This document shows, one piece after another, positions 39,233 through 49,279 of a stretch of DNA of 64,000 nucleotides. The stretch's first letter is position 1, and every line of letters starts with the position of its first letter. The DNA lies in assembly GCA_021809545.1 (NCBI GenBank), contig JAKAYL010000003.1, positions 4,990 through 68,989 on the forward strand. Reading direction: 5' to 3'. Source of the stretch: Thermoplasmata archaeon (lineage in GTDB: Archaea > Thermoplasmatota > Thermoplasmata > Lutacidiplasmatales > UBA184). The position numbers and the translations under genes are program-made. Below the pieces are notes generated by a model. It was not told the DNA's origin. It did no database searches and was given only the letters and a program-made list of their open reading frames with translations.

Positions 39233-41236
39233 CTACTCGAGCGATCCGATCGAGGTGGTCTCGCTGGGAGGGGCCGACTTCTGGCCACCGTGCATCGCCT
39301 GACTCTTCATCGCGACCATCTTCTTCTGCTTGACCCTCGTCCCGACCCCGATGGCGGTGAATACGCCAACAAAGCCCGCGGAGACGATCCCCTGACCGGC
39401 GGGGGTCGCCACGATCTGTCCGACCAAGGAGGGCTGAGAGACGCTCGTGATCACGGACTGGCTCACCGGGTTGCCCACGGGGACATTGACACCCACCGGG
39501 TTGCCCACTCCGACCGGGTTCAGAACCGGCATCCCCGGTGGCGGGGGCGGCGGGGGTGGGGGCGGAGGAGGCGGTGGGGGCGGGGGCTCCACCGGGTTGG
39601 GTGAGATCACGAGGATGGGGGCGGGAGGGAGTGAGATCTCGCCGGAGTTCCCGCAGTAGTCCTGGTACGCGACCCAGCTTCCGCTCGTCGCGTTGGGGAC
39701 CCCTCCGCACGTGACGCCGTAGTTCGAGACGGAGGAACTGCACAGGTTAAGCGGGATGTTCACGTTGTAGGGCGGGCCTGTGGCCTGCACGTTGAACGAC
39801 CCGGTCCACGAATCGCCCGCGGCGAACCCCTGACCTGGCCCCCAGTAGAAACCGATCTGATCAGGTCCGAGGAGCAAGGCGTGGCAGCCCGACACGGGAC
39901 CCGAGGGGGAATTGCAGGTGGTCGAGGCGTTGAGCGGGTTTCCGAACTGGATGTTCGGGGCGAGGGTCACGCTGAACAGTGGGGGATTATAGGTCGAGGG
40001 GAGGGGGAAGAGCGGACCTCCGGTGCTGTTCGCATAGAAGGTGGTCGTGGCCACTTCGGGAGCCGCGCAGGTGCCCGCCGTACCGTTCTTGCAGATCCGG
40101 TCAGGGTTCGTCGTGGCCCCCATCGTCACAGCGGGGGCAAGGGGATTCACTACGAACTGAACGTTGACTCCAAACCCCGGGCCGACGCTGAGGGTGGCCG
40201 GGAAGCTTGTCTGAGTCCCGTTCACGAGGGTCTGGGCTAGCGCGAACCCCGGTGGCGGCGTGACCGAGACGGTGTATCCGTTGCTGACGTCCCCGGGCGG
40301 AAACTCGCTCTGCGGGATCTCCAGACCCCAGCTGCCGTCCGGAGCCGAGACGAGCGTGTAGGACCACTGGTTACCGTAGTTGGCCGTCACGGTGACGGTA
40401 AGCCCGGAGACGGGTTTCGCTCCCCCCGGGCAGTTGCAGGTCACGGAGCCGTAAATGGCCGACTGGGGGAAGTAGGTCTGCGTGCCCCCGGGTCCGGCTC
40501 CGCCGGCGTTCAGGAGCCCAGAACCGTACGGGTCTCCCTGGTTCGTGTAGAACCAGTAGGAGAGCGCCGCAGGGCCTCCGCAGCACTCCTCGTAGGCCAC
40601 ATGCATGTAGTAAAGCCCGGTCAGGGTGGTCAGGCCCCCGTTGTTGTATGTCCAGCCGCTGGGACAGCCGTATCCGCAGCCGGAGGGAGAGCCGACCACG
40701 AAGTTGTAGTTCGTCGAGGTCTCCAGCGCACCCGGCGATATCGAAGGATATTGGTCTAGAAAGATGGAAGCCCCATCGTCCGAACCGATGTTCACCTGGT
40801 AGGTCCCGGCCTGGAGGTTGCCCGATTGCGGACTGGTGGCGAAGTAGATTGGGAAGGTCTGCATCCCGACGTAACAGACTCCGCCGCTGCTTCCCAGGAC
40901 GTTCGGGTAGTTGGCGGAGATGTTGCCGGGGCAGTATTCGTTCTGCCCGGTAGAGCAATCGTAGCAGTCGTAGGCCCCGCCATCGCGAGGCGGGAAAGAA
41001 AAGATCTGCGGCGCCCCCCAGGGCCAGCTGTCGTACCAGGTCACGGGTGCGCCCATGCATCCGGAGCTGCAGAGACCTTGCGGCTGGGAAACCGCGGGGG
41101 CGGGCAACTGCGCCGGATAGGAAGGTGCCGCTGGAACGTGGGTGGCCGTCGCAACAGGGGAGGCGTAGAGCGCTAGGGTCAGGAGTACAAAGGAGAACCC
41201 AACGATTAGCAGGCGGCCTGCCTTCAACGCGCTCAA
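39233..41236 (-). CDS. Secreted Cys-rich surface protein with PA14-like domain, poly-Pro stalk and C-terminal anchor
   Basis: Signal peptide; 'GSDDGASIFLD' and 'AYEECCGGPAALSYW'; Pro17 run; hydrophobic segment followed by a basic tail. Confidence 0.75.
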   Translation of the reverse strand: MSALKAGRLLIVGFSFVLLTLALYASPVATATHVPAAPSYPAQLPAPAVSQPQGLCSSGCMGAPVTWYDSWPWGAPQIFSFPPRDGGAYDCYDCSTGQNEYCPGNISANYPNVLGSSGGVCYVGMQTFPIYFATSPQSGNLQAGTYQVNIGSDDGASIFLDQYPSISPGALETSTNYNFVVGSPSGCGYGCPSGWTYNNGGLTTLTGLYYMHVAYEECCGGPAALSYWFYTNQGDPYGSGLLNAGGAGPGGTQTYFPQSAIYGSVTCNCPGGAKPVSGLTVTVTANYGNQWSYTLVSAPDGSWGLEIPQSEFPPGDVSNGYTVSVTPPPGFALAQTLVNGTQTSFPATLSVGPGFGVNVQFVVNPLAPAVTMGATTNPDRICKNGTAGTCAAPEVATTTFYANSTGGPLFPLPSTYNPPLFSVTLAPNIQFGNPLNASTTCNSPSGPVSGCHALLLGPDQIGFYWGPGQGFAAGDSWTGSFNVQATGPPYNVNIPLNLCSSSVSNYGVTCGGVPNATSGSWVAYQDYCGNSGEISLPPAPILVISPNPVEPPPPPPPPPPPPPPPPPGMPVLNPVGVGNPVGVNVPVGNPVSQSVITSVSQPSLVGQIVATPAGQGIVSAGFVGVFTAIGVGTRVKQKKMVAMKSQAMHGGQKSAPPSETTSIGSLE
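39536..39586 (-). repeat. Run of 17 consecutive Pro codons
   Basis: Mixed CCN codons read directly from the sequence. Confidence 0.95.
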
Positions 41237-41266
41237 CCCATAGTATGCTATGGGCAGCGAGTTATT

Positions 41267-41716
41267 TTAACTTATGGTCCGTAGTCGTTTCAGCATCTTC
41301 ACGACGGCACGTACAGCGTCCGCGGACTTCTCGATCCGGTCCTGAGCCTGGCTCCGGGACTCTCCCGGTCCGGAGATCCCGAGCCCGAGGGGCTTCCCTT
41401 CTTGCACTGAGATGTCCAGGAGTTTCCGGGCCGATTGGTTGGCGACCAGCTCGTCGTGGCTGGTCTCGCCCTCGATGACCGCGCCCAGCACCACCACGGC
41501 GTCCACCTTCGGCAGCTTCATCAGCCGCTGGACGGCGAGGGGCATGTCGAAGACTCCCGGGACCTTCACCACGCTGGTGAGTTCTGCCCCGAGGAACTCG
41601 ATCTCCTCGCGGGCACGCTCCACCATGAGCGAGGTCACATCGTAGTTGAACTCGCTCGCGACGACGGCCAGACGCATATGGGCTCCCGCTCCTTCAGGCA
41701 TACTTTGCGATACCAT
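41267..41716 (-). CDS. ribH: 6,7-dimethyl-8-ribityllumazine synthase
   Basis: Contains 'VASEFN', 'VPGVFDMP' and 'GAVIEGETSHD'. Confidence 0.93.
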   Translation of the reverse strand: MVSQSMPEGAGAHMRLAVVASEFNYDVTSLMVERAREEIEFLGAELTSVVKVPGVFDMPLAVQRLMKLPKVDAVVVLGAVIEGETSHDELVANQSARKLLDISVQEGKPLGLGISGPGESRSQAQDRIEKSADAVRAVVKMLKRLRTIS

Positions 41717-42203
41717 TTCCAAAACCCCGTTTCCTGCGATGAGAACCCGACGGCCCGGCATCCGGGAAGCCCTGGCGGGCCCCGGTCCCGGCGCGGTGGG
41801 AGAGTTCCTCCGGCCGGAAGAGCATCCAGTACGCATTGAGCGCGTGCTCCTCGGTCCGTCGGCGAGCAAGTTCGGAGAGGTCGCGGTCGTTCTCGACCTC
41901 GCCCTCGAAGACAAAGACCTCCACGATGGGCCGCTCGACCTTGAGCCCCGCGGCGATGAGCCCCTGGCTCGCCTCGTGGGCACAGACCTTGTCGTACTCG
42001 GCCCGACCTGGCATCCCGAGCGCCATCACGAGATCGGCACCCTCCCGGAAGAGCGTGAGGGAGGCGACCGGGAGGTCCTTGATGCCCGGGACGGTCTTGC
42101 GCTGGATCCGGATCGATCCCCCGGTGTCCCGGAGCGCTCGCGCAGCGATCGACCCGAGGTTGACCCGGGAGAAGGCGGTGTCGACTACGCCCACGGTCTT
42201 CAC
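41694..42203 (-). CDS. ribC: Archaeal-type riboflavin synthase
   Basis: Contains 'GVVDTAFSRVN', 'TVPGIKDLPVA', 'ALGMPG' and 'GARQG'. Confidence 0.92.
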   Translation of the reverse strand: MKTVGVVDTAFSRVNLGSIAARALRDTGGSIRIQRKTVPGIKDLPVASLTLFREGADLVMALGMPGRAEYDKVCAHEASQGLIAAGLKVERPIVEVFVFEGEVENDRDLSELARRRTEEHALNAYWMLFRPEELSHRAGTGARQGFPDAGPSGSHRRKRGFGNGIAKYA

Positions 42204-42637
42204 GACTTCCCTCCTAGGGAACCGTTCATCGCCAGGATCCGGCCGATGATCCCGCGGGTCGACAAGGTGCTCTCTCGGATCCCGCTGACCCGGACCACCC
42301 GCGCCGGAACGCCGTGCTTCGCACATCCTTCCTCGATATCCTTCTCGTCCCAATGTTGATTGAATCCGAGGGCGATGACGTCGGGGCGTACCTTGACCAC
42401 CGTGTCGAACATGTCCTTTTCCGACCCCAGGATCGCAGAATCCACGGGCTTGAGGGCTTCGACCATGATCCGGCGTGCCTCCTCTCCGACGATGGGCTCC
42501 CGTTTGAGCTTCCGGACGGTCACATCCCGGGCCACGACCACCACGAGCTCATTCCCGAGCTTCTTTGCCTCGGTAAGATAGTGAAGATGCCCGGGGTGCA
42601 GCAGATCGAAGACCCCGGTGGCCATCACACGGACCAT
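42200..42637 (-). CDS. ribL: Archaeal FAD synthase (FMN adenylyltransferase)
   Basis: 'MATGVFDLLHPGH' HxGH motif, inside the rib operon. Confidence 0.9.
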   Translation of the reverse strand: MVRVMATGVFDLLHPGHLHYLTEAKKLGNELVVVVARDVTVRKLKREPIVGEEARRIMVEALKPVDSAILGSEKDMFDTVVKVRPDVIALGFNQHWDEKDIEEGCAKHGVPARVVRVSGIRESTLSTRGIIGRILAMNGSLGGKS

Positions 42638-43377
42638 CTCAACCACGCCTGGGTCAGTTCCTTTCCATCTACAAAAGCCCATCCCCTGGACCGGGCCCTC
42701 TCCAGGGCCTCCCTCCGGGGAAGGGCTCCCCCGTCCTCCCCTAGCATCTCCATCAGGGCGAGGGACGGGGTCAGGTGCCCCATTTGGGCAAGGGCTGTCG
42801 AGAGCTCTGTGTGACCGCGGCGTTCCCGCAGGAGTCCTGGGGAGGGGTGAAGGAGCGGTACGTGTCCCGGGACCAGGAACTCGCGGGAGAACCGGTCCGT
42901 GAGTTCCCCGTCTTTCTGGCCTTCGGAGTCCCGGACGAACCGGCCCACCGCAGAGATGGTGGCCGAGCGGTCGCGGTCCGTGACCCCCGTGAAGGTGTCC
43001 CTTGAGTTGACCCAGATCCCGAAGGCACTGCGTCGGTCGTAGGGGAGCGACTTCGGGATCAACTTCCCCAGGACGGCGTGCTTTGCGCCGAGTTCCTCCA
43101 GAAGATCATGCTGGTAGCCCAGTCCGATGCGAGAAACGAGCCCTAACGGCATCGTCACACAGAGCAGTCCACCGGCCTCCTCCCGCATCAGGCGGATCTT
43201 CTGCGGGGTGGCCTTCTCGGCCAGGAGCACGATGTCGGTCTCGGCCTCCCGGCCCGGATCGTCAAAGAGAAGAACCGGCTCGCCCCTCGCCAGCGCTGCG
43301 ATCGCCAACTCGAGGGAGTCCCCTCGCTCGGGTGTCGGCAACGGCGTAGCCAGCGGCTTTCCGGGAATGACCGCCAT
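42625..43377 (-). CDS. ribB: 3,4-dihydroxy-2-butanone-4-phosphate synthase
   Basis: Contains 'DPGREAETD', 'GLLC', 'FTGVTDRDR', 'PGHV' and 'RRGHTE'. Confidence 0.92.
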   Translation of the reverse strand: MAVIPGKPLATPLPTPERGDSLELAIAALARGEPVLLFDDPGREAETDIVLLAEKATPQKIRLMREEAGGLLCVTMPLGLVSRIGLGYQHDLLEELGAKHAVLGKLIPKSLPYDRRSAFGIWVNSRDTFTGVTDRDRSATISAVGRFVRDSEGQKDGELTDRFSREFLVPGHVPLLHPSPGLLRERRGHTELSTALAQMGHLTPSLALMEMLGEDGGALPRREALERARSRGWAFVDGKELTQAWLRWSV

Positions 43378-43433
43378 GCCCCTGGGAGGAGGATGGCGAT
43401 ATATAAAGTTCTTGTATTTACTAAGGTTTTTGT

Positions 43434-45112
<1,679 letters not shown>

Positions 45113-45217
45113 GTGGCACTCAACTTGGAACTCCGGTTCATGTGTCCCCGGATCGCCTTGTGAGTGCCGCGGAGAACGCCCTTGCGGACGTTCTGCAGGT
45201 AACTACTACACCGTGGC

Positions 45218-46069
45218 CTATTTAAGGTTGTTCAGCCGTTCTCTCTCCGCCGGCGCACGGGGCCGGTGGAAGGCGGGAGGACGCTTCTCGTTGAAGGCCC
45301 GGATCCCTTCGGAAAGTTCCTCTCCCCAGGCGGCCTCGACCATGCCCCGTCGCTCCAGTTCCATCTGGCGCTGGAGGCTGTTGTGAAAGGCTTCCGCAAG
45401 CAGTCGCTTCATGGAGGTGAAGGCCCGGATGGGTCCCCGCGCCATCTCTTGGGCCTTCTCGAGAGCCCGGGACTGCAGGTTTTCGAGAGGTACCACCTCA
45501 TGGAAGAGCGAGAGCTCGTGCGCCCGCTGAGCGGTGACTTTCCCCTTCCCGTAAAGTACCTCTTGGGCGCCTCCGATGCCCAGGTAGTGGGGAAGGAAGA
45601 ACGTCAGGCCCCCGTCCGGAACCCCGCCCAGGGAGGGAAAGGCGGGGACGAGGGAGGCTTCGGTGGAGGCGATCCTCCAGTCGCAGGCCAAGGTGATCGA
45701 CATTCCGCCTCCGGCGGCGACACCCGGGATGGCTGCGATAACAGGTTTGGCCATCTCCACGATCTCCTTGATGACTCCTTCCTGCTCATCGACGAGCTCA
45801 TGGAAGAGGCGGGGGAGGGTCCCCTTCGCCAACCATTCCGACATCTCGCGGACGTCCCCCCCGGCAGAGAACGCCTTGCCCGATCCGGTGAGAACGACGG
45901 CACGGATCTCCGGGTCCTGGGCGACGTCTTGCATGACCCGGTGAAGCCCTCGCATCTCGTCCGCGCCAAGGGCGTTGAGACGGTCAGCCCGGTCGATGGT
46001 GATTCTGGCGACCGAGTCGAATCGTTCGAGCTTCAGAGTCTTGACACCTTCTGCCATGGAGGTCGGCAT
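45218..46069 (-). CDS. Enoyl-CoA hydratase/isomerase (PaaG-like)
   Basis: Contains 'AFSAGGD', 'GVAAGGG', 'LACD' and 'PDGG'. Confidence 0.9.
   Translation of the reverse strand: MPTSMAEGVKTLKLERFDSVARITIDRADRLNALGADEMRGLHRVMQDVAQDPEIRAVVLTGSGKAFSAGGDVREMSEWLAKGTLPRLFHELVDEQEGVIKEIVEMAKPVIAAIPGVAAGGGMSITLACDWRIASTEASLVPAFPSLGGVPDGGLTFFLPHYLGIGGAQEVLYGKGKVTAQRAHELSLFHEVVPLENLQSRALEKAQEMARGPIRAFTSMKRLLAEAFHNSLQRQMELERRGMVEAAWGEELSEGIRAFNEKRPPAFHRPRAPAERERLNNLK
45219..45225 (-). promoter_or_regulatory. TATA box of the 16S rRNA promoter
   Basis: TTAAATA on the minus strand about 110 nt upstream of the outer leader stem. It overlaps the stop region of the enoyl-CoA hydratase gene. Confidence 0.6.
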
Positions 46070-46170
46070 TCTCAGGAAATATAGAAGAGTGTCTTGTCGC
46101 CGCGGGGTACCCCCGTCCGGGAATGCAATCCGTTACCTGCCCGAGGTACGAACGTTGGGGGAGGGGCCCC

Positions 46171-48369
46171 TTATTCCCAAACGAGCGGTGCGTTAAGGGT
46201 GAGGACCAGGGTGACGGTGGTCCCTTCCGAGGTGCCGGCACAGGCCACGAAGGAGGAGCCTCCGTAGGAAGAGAAGGCCCCCGATCCGCCCTCCGATAGA
46301 TTCTGCTGGTATCCGGGAAGCAGGGAACTTATGTTCGTGTCTTGGTAGGAGATCCCCACCGGGAGCTGGACCATGATGAGCCAGACGGGGGTCCCACTCC
46401 ACCAGTGAAAGGTGACCTTTCCTGGGGCGATGGTAACGTTGTGGACGAAGGGCCAGGGATCGCTCAGCACCGATGCGCCGTTCGCGTAGGCCGCTGCGCA
46501 GGGCACGTTGAGGTCCTCGGTCACGCTGTAGACCGGCACCATGGTCAGCAGGAGCACGAGGATGGTGACGATGGTGAAAGCAACTAGGAAGCGCTGGGGG
46601 CTCCGGCGCCGGGCCGGGGGAGTCCCTACGGTAAAACCGAAGTCCTCCCTGAGCTTCTGCACGATCCGGTGGGGGTGCTCAACCTCGGACCACACGAGCG
46701 GGGAATCGGGCTCCGGGAATCCCTCCGGGGGGTGGTGGACGTCCCGGAAGAAGACGATGTCTCCGGTGAATTGGTGCCGCTGGACCCAACTCTGACGCAC
46801 GCCCACGGAGAGTGACCCGCTCAGCGGGACCGACCTCGCCGTTCCGGGTCGGTTGTTCTTGACAGAAAATACCCGGTCTCCCGAGATGGCAAAGCGGGTC
46901 TGAAGCCACGCGCGGAGGGCCAGCGAAAGGGGGATCGCAAGGGCCACGAGGAAGAGATAGATCAGCAGGACCTCATTCCCGAGAGGGTAGAACCACGTCG
47001 CCAGAAAGACCAGAGGAACGACGACGGTCAAGCTGAAGAGGACCCGGAACGTCCAGGGCGAAAGCACATTTCGCCACCGGGCAGCTCCCATGAGCACGAG
47101 CAGATAGCCGACGAGATAGAGCACCAGGGTCACCACGATGATCTCGACCTTGTAAGACAAGGTGGTACCCCAGATGTTGGCCACCCGGTAGTCCTTCGCC
47201 AGGACGAGGTTCAGCAGATTCGAGGAGAGGTAGTAGTACGCGTATCCGAAGAGGAACAACCCCGTGAGGGCATAGGCCATGGCTCGGATCTGAAGGACTT
47301 GCCATAGCGCGGGCCGGGCACTGACCTTGACGATTTCTCCGGGGGCTAGGACGCCCTCCGAAACCGTGGCGGGGAACTGGCGGGGGGTCGCGTCTTTCCC
47401 GAAGAACAGGAAGACGACCCCGGCATCGATGGCCAGGATGCCCAGGACTTCTCCCGTGGCCCCAGGGGCGCCACCGAAGACCGCGAGGATGCCTACGAAG
47501 GCCGAAAGGCTCCCCAGGAAGACGCCGAAGAATCCCAGGAGCGCACCCGCCAAGGCCTTGCGGCTGCTCGTGGGGGCCAGGATGTGGGCGGCGAACAGCA
47601 AAACCCCGGTCAGCAGTAGGATAGAACCGATGGCGTCTCCCAACGTTCGGGGCAGGGTCCCGGTGGTCCCCAGGTGGAGAAGTCCACTGAAGAGAAGGAA
47701 GAAGGCGAATCCGCCCACCAGGGAAACGAGACCCAGGCCCCGTCCGAACAAGCCCCGGGTGCCCCCCAGGGTGGCATAGGTTCCGACGGCAAAGGCAAAG
47801 AGGCCGAAGGCGAGGAGGAAGGCGCCCCATATCGCCCAGGAAGCCGGGACCGAGGGGGTTCCGAACGCCGCCGAGATCACCGCATCCAGGACCAGGGTCG
47901 CCAGGGTCACGGAAATCAGTCCCAGTCCCAGGTGCCACCGTCCCTCCTGATAGAGTCCCACTCCCCAGATGAAGAGGCTCAGCAGTGCCTGGAGGAAGAA
48001 CCAGAGGGAGAACACCTCATGGTAGATCTCGAGCGGCCCCGGGGTCTGATGGAAGATGCCGATGAGCGTTACCAGGACGCCAGAAAGGGTCAGGGAGAGG
48101 CTCCCTGCCACTTCGGTGCGATTCCGGGAGATGGCGATAAGATAGGCGGAGAAGGCCACGAACAGTAGGCCCACGGGAACCATGGCCACGTAATCGTAGA
48201 CCCAAGCGTACGAGGTGAGCGTTGGGTCCCCCATGTAGCTCAGCGCAAGGCGCGTCCATACCCACCAGGGATTCAGACGGGCGCAAATCAGGATCACGAC
48301 CCAGGCGTAAATGGCCGCAATCGGCCCTATGTAGTAACCTCGTCTCAGGAACCAGTCTGGGACCTTCAT
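46171..48369 (-). CDS. Multi-pass membrane protein: expanded DUF998-like domain, PH-like domain and C-terminal extracellular domain
   Basis: Contains 'NPWW...ALSYMG', 'LIGIFH' and 'WFF'. The segment 'TRFAISGDRV...QSWVQR..TGDIVF' is bPH-like. Confidence 0.7.
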   Translation of the reverse strand: MKVPDWFLRRGYYIGPIAAIYAWVVILICARLNPWWVWTRLALSYMGDPTLTSYAWVYDYVAMVPVGLLFVAFSAYLIAISRNRTEVAGSLSLTLSGVLVTLIGIFHQTPGPLEIYHEVFSLWFFLQALLSLFIWGVGLYQEGRWHLGLGLISVTLATLVLDAVISAAFGTPSVPASWAIWGAFLLAFGLFAFAVGTYATLGGTRGLFGRGLGLVSLVGGFAFFLLFSGLLHLGTTGTLPRTLGDAIGSILLLTGVLLFAAHILAPTSSRKALAGALLGFFGVFLGSLSAFVGILAVFGGAPGATGEVLGILAIDAGVVFLFFGKDATPRQFPATVSEGVLAPGEIVKVSARPALWQVLQIRAMAYALTGLFLFGYAYYYLSSNLLNLVLAKDYRVANIWGTTLSYKVEIIVVTLVLYLVGYLLVLMGAARWRNVLSPWTFRVLFSLTVVVPLVFLATWFYPLGNEVLLIYLFLVALAIPLSLALRAWLQTRFAISGDRVFSVKNNRPGTARSVPLSGSLSVGVRQSWVQRHQFTGDIVFFRDVHHPPEGFPEPDSPLVWSEVEHPHRIVQKLREDFGFTVGTPPARRRSPQRFLVAFTIVTILVLLLTMVPVYSVTEDLNVPCAAAYANGASVLSDPWPFVHNVTIAPGKVTFHWWSGTPVWLIMVQLPVGISYQDTNISSLLPGYQQNLSEGGSGAFSSYGGSSFVACAGTSEGTTVTLVLTLNAPLVWE

Positions 48370-49088
48370 GCCTTTGGTGGGGCCTTCCGGCCGAAGAACA
48401 TCAGGAAGAGCCAGAGATCGATGGCGGCGATTCCGAAGGCCTCCGTGGTGGCCACGGAGGGCCAATGGATGCTGTAGCCGATGAGCGGCGCGGCGATGCC
48501 GAGGGCCAACATCCCGAAGCCTAGGAGCCACCGGCGCTCCGCCAGAATTCCGAAGCTCCACACAAGGATGGCAAAGAGGGACTGGACGAAGAACCAGTTA
48601 GAGACGAAGTCGTGGTACCCCGCCGGTGTCGGAGGTCCTCCATGAAAGATCCCGACCATGATGAGGAAGATCCCCGCGACCGCGAAGAAGCTGCTTCCCA
48701 CACTCTGGATCCAGTTGCGGGCCCCCATCGCCATCCCGAGGGAAAAGACGATGATCATCGTGCCCGTGGGGAAGATGACGACGTCGTTGTAGAACCAATA
48801 GAGCCCCGCCGCGGCCCCTGTGGAATTGGGACTCGGGTCTCCCAGGGCACTGAAAGAGCTCTGGAAGAACCCCCACCACGGGTTGATCTGCGCGTCGATG
48901 GTGACGGTCACCCAGAAGTAGATCGCGGCAATGACCCCGATCCAGAAGGCGATCTCGGGGAAATATTTGCGAATCCACGCCCGCGGGGTGGTTCCGACCT
49001 GGGGCAGCCCCAGGGGTTGCAGAGCGGGGGCTCCGGGGGCTGTGTCGTGGGGACGGATCTCCCCAGTGACTTTCACGTCCTCGGCCAA
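48366..49088 (-). CDS. DUF998 family membrane protein (start uncertain)
   Basis: Contains 'NPWWGFFQSSFSALG', 'MVGIFHGG', 'HDFVSNWFF' and 'PSVATTE'. Confidence 0.78.
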   Translation of the reverse strand: MAEDVKVTGEIRPHDTAPGAPALQPLGLPQVGTTPRAWIRKYFPEIAFWIGVIAAIYFWVTVTIDAQINPWWGFFQSSFSALGDPSPNSTGAAAGLYWFYNDVVIFPTGTMIIVFSLGMAMGARNWIQSVGSSFFAVAGIFLIMVGIFHGGPPTPAGYHDFVSNWFFVQSLFAILVWSFGILAERRWLLGFGMLALGIAAPLIGYSIHWPSVATTEAFGIAAIDLWLFLMFFGRKAPPKA

Positions 49089-49279
49089 AATCCCCTCTTG
49101 AAGTGAGCAACTGAAGATGGGGGTTATCATAAGTCTTTCGTGGGGAGCACGACAGACTGTCTCATGGGAAGGCGACTCGGGGAGGGTCAATTCCGCATCT
49201 CTGTGGACCGGGGACAACCGGGACGTGGGCCCAGCTGGGTGCGGGCCGCCCTCTTCGAGCAAAGCGTTATAAAACCGAA

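Noticed and set aside
41267-43377. Missing ribK at the head of the rib operon
   Set aside because: It is probably located elsewhere in the genome, which cannot be judged from this window.
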